A DNA stretch of 26,120 nt from Candidatus Omnitrophota bacterium. Its GTDB lineage: Bacteria; Ratteibacteria; UBA8468; MWAK01. Each line of letters begins with the position of its first letter. Within the stretch, counting starts at the first letter, position 1. The notes beneath the pieces were generated by a model. That model had not been told where the DNA came from and made no database searches. It saw only the letters and a program-made list of their open reading frames with translations. The stretch covers positions 1-26,120 of the forward strand of contig JAZDPL010000051.1 in the NCBI GenBank assembly GCA_043797665.1. Direction: 5' to 3'. The translations under genes and the position numbers were made by a program. Below are positions 6,561-12,763 of this stretch, piece after piece.

Positions 6561-8527
6561 TTTTTATTCGCTTCCTCTAAATTCCACCGGGCGTATTTAA
6601 ACTCCGGGTCTAAAGCGAGCGCCTTAAAAAACTCTTCACGAGCCGGATGAACCTTTCCTGTTTGGAGATATAAAGCACCTAAACTGTTGTGCACTATCGG
6701 CTGGTATGGGTCTAACTTAAGGGAATAAAGGTAGTAATCTTCCGCCTCCGCAAACCGTCCCGCCTTAAATAACGCCAGCCCTAAGTTACCGTACCCCTGA
6801 AACCAATAAGGATGATAAACGGTTACCCGGTAGTAACTTTCAATTGCCTTTTCAAACTTGCCCGTGGCAAGATAGATATTGCCGGCTAAGGTCAAAAGGT
6901 ATTGGTCCTGGGGCTGAAACTCAACCGCTTTCTCTATTTCAATTAGCGCACTATTACGGTTCCCGGCAAGATAATGTTCCAGACCCCTTCGGCCGTGAAA
7001 GTCCGCTAAGAACGGCAGATAACCGAAATAGTATGCGGAAACACCCAAAAAGGCAGTAAGAGAAAATAATATTTTGTCCCGGACCTTAGGATTTAAACTG
7101 AAACCGGGAACTTCCTCCCGGCTCAAAACTACACTCCAGGCGACCAGAAACCAGAAAAGAAAAGACGTTACCGGCCTCTGGAACGGAGAAGAAACGATAC
7201 TATCCACTAAAATTCCCAGAATACTTGCGGATAAAAATAGGGGCAGACAATTACCCTTTTTTGCATACCGATATCCCAATCTGAAGGTAAAGTCTAAGAG
7301 AAAGGTTACAAACAACAAAAATGAAATCCCACCCAGGATACCGGTCTCGGCAAAAACCTGGATAAATTCGTTGTGGCTGGTCCCGGCTTCTATTCGCCCC
7401 CGAAAGATATTTTTTAATTTGTCAGAATGGTAAAGCGGCAACACCTCCGGCAAGTTCCCGGTCCCGACTCCAATTACCGGGTGTACTTTAAATGCAGATA
7501 ACGAAGCCTGCCAGATAAGAAGACGGCTCTGTAATGAACCCGGCATCGCAGGGTAGAAACTGGTGGGGGTAGGGGCGCCATTCATGGCGCCCGCGGGTCG
7601 GATAAATCCGACCCCTACTAACTTAAATTTAATCGGCTGCTCTCCGGGGATATGGAAGAAATGGAATAAGAAAAAGACGGTAAAGCAGAAAAGAACGCTC
7701 AGAGTCAAGACCAACCTTATTGCATAGGAATTTCCTTTTGTAGGGGCGCCATTCATGGCGCCCGCGGGTCGGATAAATCCGACCCCTACCGATAAAAATA
7801 ATAAGGCTACCGCCAAACTGACATAGGCACCCCGGGTGTGGGTCAAGATAAAATGAGTGTAAACAACGACCAGAGTCAATAGGCTGAAAATCCGCAAAGG
7901 TTTTACGGGTCGTGTAGGGGTCGGATTTATCCGACCCGAATGAAAAAAAACGAGGTACAAAAGTAAAGGGAGTAGCATCAAAAGGTATTCCGCCACGAAA
8001 TTGCGGTGTCCAAAGGTAGAGATGGCACCGCGAAACGGCCCGGTAAGATGGACAAAATCGTATCCGAACATCTGACAAATTCCGTATAGAGCCACCGGCA
8101 GAGAAGGCAAAACGATTAAAAAAAGAAGGGTAGGGGCTTGATTTATCAAGCTCGCGGGTCGGATAAATCCGACCCCTACGTCAAAATAAGAGGTAACAAA
8201 AAAGTAAAGGCTTAAAACCAGGACTAAATTGGCAATATTTAAAAGCCCCTGGTAAAGACTGACCGCGGTACTTAAAGAGAGGAGGTTAAAAAAAAAGAAC
8301 GCGGCCAAAGGATAAAGAAAAGGAGGGATGGGAACCTTTATTTCCGATTGGGATTGAGATTGCCGAGCTCCTGCTAGTGAGCAGGAGCTCGCAATGACAA
8401 AGATGAGAAATAATCCCCAGCGGAAGATAAACCACTTGGGCAGATCATACCCCTGATAGAGGAAGGACCAGAATATAAGCGGCAAAAGGATGAATAATCC
8501 AACCAAAATCCCCTTTGCAATCTTCAT
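6557..8527 (-). CDS. O-antigen ligase / O-oligosaccharyltransferase-family membrane protein with C-terminal TPRs and five repeat-derived insertions
   Basis: Many hydrophobic helices, STFGHRNFVAEYL, THTRGAY, SRLLIW, GVGTGN and SHNEFIQVFAETGILG motifs; TPR-like C-terminus. ATG at 8527 (alternative TTG at 8536). Confidence 0.88.
   Translation of the reverse strand: MKIAKGILVGLFILLPLIFWSFLYQGYDLPKWFIFRWGLFLIFVIASSCSLAGARQSQSQSEIKVPIPPFLYPLAAFFFFNLLSLSTAVSLYQGLLNIANLVLVLSLYFFVTSYFDVGVGFIRPASLINQAPTLLFLIVLPSLPVALYGICQMFGYDFVHLTGPFRGAISTFGHRNFVAEYLLMLLPLLLYLVFFHSGRINPTPTRPVKPLRIFSLLTLVVVYTHFILTHTRGAYVSLAVALLFLSVGVGFIRPAGAMNGAPTKGNSYAIRLVLTLSVLFCFTVFFLFHFFHIPGEQPIKFKLVGVGFIRPAGAMNGAPTPTSFYPAMPGSLQSRLLIWQASLSAFKVHPVIGVGTGNLPEVLPLYHSDKLKNIFRGRIEAGTSHNEFIQVFAETGILGGISFLLFVTFLLDFTFRLGYRYAKKGNCLPLFLSASILGILVDSIVSSPFQRPVTSFLFWFLVAWSVVLSREEVPGFSLNPKVRDKILFSLTAFLGVSAYYFGYLPFLADFHGRRGLEHYLAGNRNSALIEIEKAVEFQPQDQYLLTLAGNIYLATGKFEKAIESYYRVTVYHPYWFQGYGNLGLALFKAGRFAEAEDYYLYSLKLDPYQPIVHNSLGALYLQTGKVHPAREEFFKALALDPEFKYARWNLEEANKK
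7569..7618. repeat. 50-bp GTAG-REP doublet in frame in the ligase (VGVGFIRPAGAMNGAPT)
   Basis: GTAG GGGCGCC ATTCAT GGCGCCC GC GGGTCGG ATAAAT CCGACCC CTAC. Confidence 0.95.
7740..7789. repeat. 50-bp GTAG-REP doublet in frame in the ligase, identical to 7569-7618
   Basis: Same 50-mer and same peptide VGVGFIRPAGAMNGAPT. Confidence 0.95.
7914..7937. repeat. Single 24-bp GTAG-REP in frame in the ligase (GRINPTPT)
   Basis: GTAG GGGTCGG ATTTAT CCGACCC. Confidence 0.9.
8130..8179. repeat. 50-bp GTAG-REP doublet in frame in the ligase (VGVGFIRPASLINQAPT)
   Basis: GTAG GGGCTTG ATTTAT CAAGCTC GC GGGTCGG ATAAAT CCGACCC CTAC. Confidence 0.95.
8356..8399. repeat. Half TGTCA-type palindrome in frame in the ligase (VIASSCSLAGARQS)
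   Basis: GAGATTGC-CGAGCTCCTGCT-agtg-AGCAGGAGCTCG-CAATGACA, with a 12-bp perfect stem. Confidence 0.75.
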
Positions 8528-8575
8528 ATTCTTCAATCTTCCAAAAGAATTTATACCCCCTTGTTAATCCAAACT

Positions 8576-8625
8576 GTAGGGGTTTGATTCATCAAGCCCG
8601 CGGGTCGGATAAATCCGACCCCTAC
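8576..8625. repeat. 50-bp GTAG-REP doublet, intergenic
   Basis: GTAG GGGTTTG ATTCAT CAAGCCC GC GGGTCGG ATAAAT CCGACCC CTAC. Confidence 0.95.
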
Positions 8626-8631
8626 ATTTTT

Positions 8632-9948
8632 TTAGTAGGCGTTCCGGAAGGCGAATGGCGTAGCCAGAAGTATTACCAGGTCAAGCCAGACACTCCAGTT
8701 TTCGATATAGAACAGGTCATACGCCAAACGTTCTTCCGGCAGTAAATGCCCCCCTCTTAGACCATGCACCTGCGCCCAGCCGGTAAGACCGGGTTTTACG
8801 GTCAGACGACGTTCAAAATAGGAAACCTGAAAATAGGATGCGTCTGCGGTCGCGATAGGCCTGGGACCCACTAAACTCATCTGACCGAAGAGAACGTTAA
8901 ATATCTGGGGTAACTCGTCCAGGTTAAACCGGCGCAAGAATTTTCCTACTTCGGTCAGACGTTCATCGCCTATTTCGGTCCAGGCTTTGCCTTCGCTGGC
9001 GGGAGCCATGGTCCGAAACTTAAAGATGGAAAAAGGCTTTCCGCCAAATCCAATTCTCTCCTGCCGGAAAAAAACCGGACCCGGTGAAGTCAATTTAATT
9101 AAAACGGTGCTAAGGATTAAAAACGGTATAAAGAATAAGGTCAACAAAATTCCAAAAACCAAATCGACCGCCCGCTTGACCAGACGATTGCCAAACCTCT
9201 CCAGCGGCATTTCCGCAAAGGTAAGCAAGGGAAGACCGGCTAAAGAAACAAAAGAAGCGGTACGACGTGCAACCTGGTGGTATTCCGGAAGATAGAATAT
9301 TCTCACCCTTTTTTCTTTCACCTTATCTATCAACCGGGAAAGAATCTCCTCGGGCAACTTCTCGGTAATGATTAGACCGGTTACCCCTTCAGAGAAAGGG
9401 AGGCTATCCAGTTCATTAATACCACCTTCCTGGGAAATGTCCAGAAAACCCCTGACCCGGTACGGAATCCTGTGTCGAATCAGACGGTCCGCTAATTTGC
9501 CGGCGGTTTCCCGGCTGCCCACAATGAGCAATCCTGCGGATTCGCCAAAGAAGGCACCCGCATACCAGGAAATGAGGCGGAAAAAATAAAGTAAAAAGAA
9601 ACTTATCAGAATCGCTATTCCTATCACCAACCGGGAGAATTCAACGCTTCGGTAGAAGAAGGTACCGCTTAAAAGAAGCACGGTTGCCCAAAAAGTTCCC
9701 TGGAGCAGTCTCAAAAGAATCACCAGAAATTCCGGAAAATCATCCTGGCGGTATAGACCAAACCCCTTGAGAATAACCACCCACCCCAATGCGGACAGAC
9801 CAGCCATCTTAGCGTATACCGCCAGAGGCGGGCCAACCCGAACAGGAAAGAGGTTGGTCTCAAACCTGAACCAGTAACTAAAGAAAAAGGAACCAAAGAT
9901 TATACCGGCATCAAGAATAAAGAATGAAAAAACCGTACCTTTTTTCAT
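8632..9948 (-). CDS. Polyprenyl-phosphate sugar-phosphotransferase (WcaJ/WbaP-like priming transferase)
   Basis: KRAVDL, SPGPVFFRQERIG, FKFRTM, LDELPQIFNVLFGQMSLVGPRP, KPGLTGWAQVHG and DLFYIENWS motifs. Confidence 0.93.
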   Translation of the reverse strand: MKKGTVFSFFILDAGIIFGSFFFSYWFRFETNLFPVRVGPPLAVYAKMAGLSALGWVVILKGFGLYRQDDFPEFLVILLRLLQGTFWATVLLLSGTFFYRSVEFSRLVIGIAILISFFLLYFFRLISWYAGAFFGESAGLLIVGSRETAGKLADRLIRHRIPYRVRGFLDISQEGGINELDSLPFSEGVTGLIITEKLPEEILSRLIDKVKEKRVRIFYLPEYHQVARRTASFVSLAGLPLLTFAEMPLERFGNRLVKRAVDLVFGILLTLFFIPFLILSTVLIKLTSPGPVFFRQERIGFGGKPFSIFKFRTMAPASEGKAWTEIGDERLTEVGKFLRRFNLDELPQIFNVLFGQMSLVGPRPIATADASYFQVSYFERRLTVKPGLTGWAQVHGLRGGHLLPEERLAYDLFYIENWSVWLDLVILLATPFAFRNAY

Positions 9949-9964
9949 ATTACATCATAAAACT

Positions 9965-10014
9965 GTAGGGGCTTGATTTATCAAGCCCGCGGGCGCCATG
10001 AATGGCGCCCCTAC
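9965..10014. repeat. 50-bp GTAG-REP doublet; supplies the TAG stop of the fused glycosyltransferase
   Basis: GTAG GGGCTTG ATTTAT CAAGCCC GC GGGCGCC ATGAAT GGCGCCC CTAC; CTA at 10011-10013. Confidence 0.95.
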
Positions 10015-12692
10015 GTTAAATTATTTATAAGGTATTCGTAGTCATTTACTACCTTTTCCCAGGTGTAGAACTCTTTCACCCGCTCCAGAGCCATTTCTTG
10101 ATAATATCTTACCACTTCCGGATTGGCGAGTAAATAACGTACCTTTTCCGCCAAATCGTCTCCATCCTTAGCAAACAACATCCCCGCCCCTTCAACGACC
10201 TCCCGATTGAACGGAACATCCAAAGCCAGCACGCATCTTCCGACGCCCATCGCCTGCAGAAGCGCCGGATTGGTACCACCTACTTCGTGACCATGAATAT
10301 AGAAATAACAGTTCCGGTAGAGTTCCCGGAGATAGCCAGGCTGATAGACCCCTCCCAGAAACCTTACCCGGGATGAACTCAATCTTTGAATCTTTTGGAC
10401 AAAGGGACTCTTCCAGTTGGTGCCACCCACAACCACCAGTACCTTTTCTGTGGCCACTTTCCGGAACGCCTCAATTATCAGGTCCGCATTATTCTCCGGT
10501 TCTAATCTTCCCACCACCAGGAGATACCCGTCTCTTTCCAATCCATATTTTTCAAGCATGTCATTCTGAGGCAACAGCCGAAGAATCCCATTATACTTAA
10601 TGCGAGACCCTTCACTTTGTTCAGGGTGACACATTGAATTATCAAAGAACTCTGCCCCATACGGTATAAAAACTGTCTTTTTCCCGTATCTCCGCCGGTA
10701 ATAGTCGGCAATCGCTCGGGAATCAGAGACTAAAGTGAAACCAGACAGACAGGCTAAAACTTCGCACATCCGAAAATAAGCCCGCGCCACCGGTCCCCAT
10801 TTCCCACGTTTCCACTCTAACCCATCGGTATTAATGATTACTCTCTTTCCAACCATCCGGGCTAAAATGGCAATCGGGCTATTGGCAACGTTAAAAATTA
10901 GAATAACATCAACCGGTTGAATAAAGAGAAGGTAAAGAACCGCAAAGAAGGTATGGGAAAAAGTATCGGTCACCTTTCCCGGAAGAGACGGGGGGAAAAA
11001 CAGAAAAATTCTCTCGCTCCCCCCTCCCGTACCCTTCCCCTCTCCCGATTCAACGGGAAGGGAACCCGCACCAAGGGGGAGGGTAATGTAGGGGGCGGAT
11101 TTATCCGACCCGCGGGCTTGATAAATCAAGCCCCTACCTCTCTGCTCGGGGGTACGGGGCCGGAACTCCGGGTAGAGGTAGCTTCGGCAAGACACATAGA
11201 CCGTATAACCCCGGCTAACCAGTCCTTTCGCTAATTCCTCTGCACAGGTCTCAAACCCGCCGTAACGAGCCGGTATCCCCCGGGTACCGACCAGACCAAT
11301 CTCTCTTCTAATCCCCCTTACCTCCCCCTTTGCAAAAGGCGGGTCCCCTTCCCGTTGAATCGGGAAAGGGGGATTGAGGGGGATTTGGCAAAAGGGGGAT
11401 TGAGGGGGATTTGGCTGAACATCCGTGTAAAGAAGTCCCCCCAATCTGACATTGGGGTCCCTCCATCTTGAAGATGGAGTCCTCGCGCATAATCTATTTA
11501 AAAATATTGCCACCACCATAATTAACCCGAAGTCAAAAGGCAGACGGTAACGTATCCGGGTATATAAGATGGCGTGGGCCAGACCACTAACAAAATACAG
11601 TGTAATCAGAAAAAGTTCCAGGCGACTGATCTTGAATTGCCGCGACCAAAACAGGCGCAGTAAAAAGAGCACCAAAAGCGGGTAATAAGTCAGGAACATG
11701 ACCACATCTTTCCACTTTGCTTCCTCGCGTTTTGTTCCCAACTCATTCCGGTAATTAAAGTAGTTCAGGAACTTTAAAAGATACATCCGGGCTGACTTCT
11801 TGGGGTTATGTCTGATATAAGCAAGCGCTTCTCTCTGGAAGTATTGGTTCCGTTCAATCTCGTTCAGTCCCAACCGGTCCGCTTCGGTTTCGTATTTGGA
11901 GATATCAACATTGACTCCGGCATTAGGAGTAGTATGTTCAGAGTTTCCGTAAAGTAAAACCATTCCGGAATTGGAGTCAATAAGTACCGGTGACCTGAAT
12001 GCCGCATAGTTACGAAAAGTCCATAATCCCACCATCAGGATTACTATCAGAACAATCACCCGGAGATTCCTGAATGGCTCTCTTTTGGCGGTTCCGATCC
12101 AGACCAGAATGGGTAAAATAAGCAGGAGAAAGACGGGTGCCGTCAGGATAAGTGTACCTAACAACAGACCGATAAGAATAAGAGAACGGTTTGATAACCG
12201 GCCGGTATTGGAAATCAGGAAGATAACCGCTAATAAGAGCGTGGTCGCTAAAGTCTGGGGATAAAGGGTACCGGCGGTATATAAAAGTACCGGATAACAG
12301 GGTATCAAAAAAACGCCGATTAAACCAGCCAGACCGGGTGACTCTTTTTTCAGGATACGGTAAAGAAAATAAACGCTGAATGCTAAAGCGATAAAATTAA
12401 GAAACCGAAGGACGATTATATTGGCACCCAGAAAGATGAAGATAGCCAGGATAAAGGGATAGGCAGGACAGTGGTAAGCCGAAGGTCTGACACCATCCAG
12501 GCTACGCTGGAAAGTAGTAGCCAGATTATAACCGATGGTGTAGTAGTCCTTTTCGTCACTGAACCGGAAACCGGGCCCTAACCAGAAGGAGTAGCCTAGG
12601 CCAAAAAGAAGGATGAAAAAAATGATACCGGTCAGGATAACCGGCTCTTTTCTCTTTATAACTCCAAACAGCCCTTCCGGGAAATTTCTCAT
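10011..12692 (-). CDS. Apparent fusion of an N-terminal GT-C (ArnT/PMT-like) membrane protein and a C-terminal GT4 (DUF1972-type) glycosyltransferase
   Basis: The first ~400 aa are multi-TM with DEKDY, PAYPF, W.FRNY and RYRLP. From ~11300 the frame reads IGLVGTRGIPARYGGFET, NTDGLEWKRGKW, VGRLEPENN and HGHEVGGTNPALLQAM. Confidence 0.8.
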   Translation of the reverse strand: MRNFPEGLFGVIKRKEPVILTGIIFFILLFGLGYSFWLGPGFRFSDEKDYYTIGYNLATTFQRSLDGVRPSAYHCPAYPFILAIFIFLGANIIVLRFLNFIALAFSVYFLYRILKKESPGLAGLIGVFLIPCYPVLLYTAGTLYPQTLATTLLLAVIFLISNTGRLSNRSLILIGLLLGTLILTAPVFLLLILPILVWIGTAKREPFRNLRVIVLIVILMVGLWTFRNYAAFRSPVLIDSNSGMVLLYGNSEHTTPNAGVNVDISKYETEADRLGLNEIERNQYFQREALAYIRHNPKKSARMYLLKFLNYFNYRNELGTKREEAKWKDVVMFLTYYPLLVLFLLRLFWSRQFKISRLELFLITLYFVSGLAHAILYTRIRYRLPFDFGLIMVVAIFLNRLCARTPSSRWRDPNVRLGGLLYTDVQPNPPQSPFCQIPLNPPFPIQREGDPPFAKGEVRGIRREIGLVGTRGIPARYGGFETCAEELAKGLVSRGYTVYVSCRSYLYPEFRPRTPEQRGRGLIYQARGSDKSAPYITLPLGAGSLPVESGEGKGTGGGSERIFLFFPPSLPGKVTDTFSHTFFAVLYLLFIQPVDVILIFNVANSPIAILARMVGKRVIINTDGLEWKRGKWGPVARAYFRMCEVLACLSGFTLVSDSRAIADYYRRRYGKKTVFIPYGAEFFDNSMCHPEQSEGSRIKYNGILRLLPQNDMLEKYGLERDGYLLVVGRLEPENNADLIIEAFRKVATEKVLVVVGGTNWKSPFVQKIQRLSSSRVRFLGGVYQPGYLRELYRNCYFYIHGHEVGGTNPALLQAMGVGRCVLALDVPFNREVVEGAGMLFAKDGDDLAEKVRYLLANPEVVRYYQEMALERVKEFYTWEKVVNDYEYLINNLT
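10559..10631. repeat. TGTCA...TGACA doublet in frame within the GT4 domain (CHPEQSEGSRIKYNGILRLLPQND)
   Basis: TGTCATTCTGAGGCAACAGCCGAAGAATCC...GAGACCCTTCACTTTGTTCAGGGTGACA; same architecture as intergenic 12701-12763. Confidence 0.85.
11016..11162. repeat. Nested repeat cluster forming an in-frame stretch of about 49 aa in the GT4 domain
   Basis: Contains the GTAG doublet 11088-11137, a CCCCTCCC...AAGGGGGAGGG element, and a 27-bp motif (11043-11069) that recurs inverted at 11339-11365. Confidence 0.75.
11088..11137. repeat. 50-bp GTAG-REP doublet in frame in the GT4 domain (GRGLIYQARGSDKSAPY)
   Basis: GTAG GGGGCGG ATTTAT CCGACCC GC GGGCTTG ATAAAT CAAGCCC CTAC. Confidence 0.93.
11310..11480. 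repeat. Repeat/hairpin cluster forming the linker of the fused ORF
   Basis: ATCCCCCTTACCTCCCCCTTTG, tandem AAAGGGGGATTGAGGGGGATTTGGC (x2), and hairpins CCCCAAT-ctgac-ATTGGGG and CTCCATCTT-g-AAGATGGAG. Confidence 0.75.
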
Positions 12693-12700
12693 AATGTTTT

Positions 12701-12763
12701 TGTCATCCTGAGCGCCAGCGAAGGATCTCGAGATTCTTCGGGGTTTTACCCCTCAGAATGACA
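12701..12763. repeat. TGTCA...TGACA doublet; supplies the last codons and TGA stop of the radical SAM gene
   Basis: TGTCATCCTGAGCGCCAGCGAAGGATCTC-GAGATTCTTCGGGGTTTTACCCCTCAGAATGACA; TCA at 12753-12755 is the stop. Confidence 0.85.

Noticed and set aside
7629..8078. Alternative-frame ORFs carrying REP peptides (also 1563-1805, 8515-8745, 10917-11234)
   Set aside because: They overlap well-supported genes, and their shared peptides simply reflect the repeat read in other frames.
6355..8625. Clustered 50-bp repeats as a CRISPR array
   Set aside because: Spacing is irregular (about 100-1000 bp), the copies vary in arm composition and lie within an ORF, and no cas genes are present.
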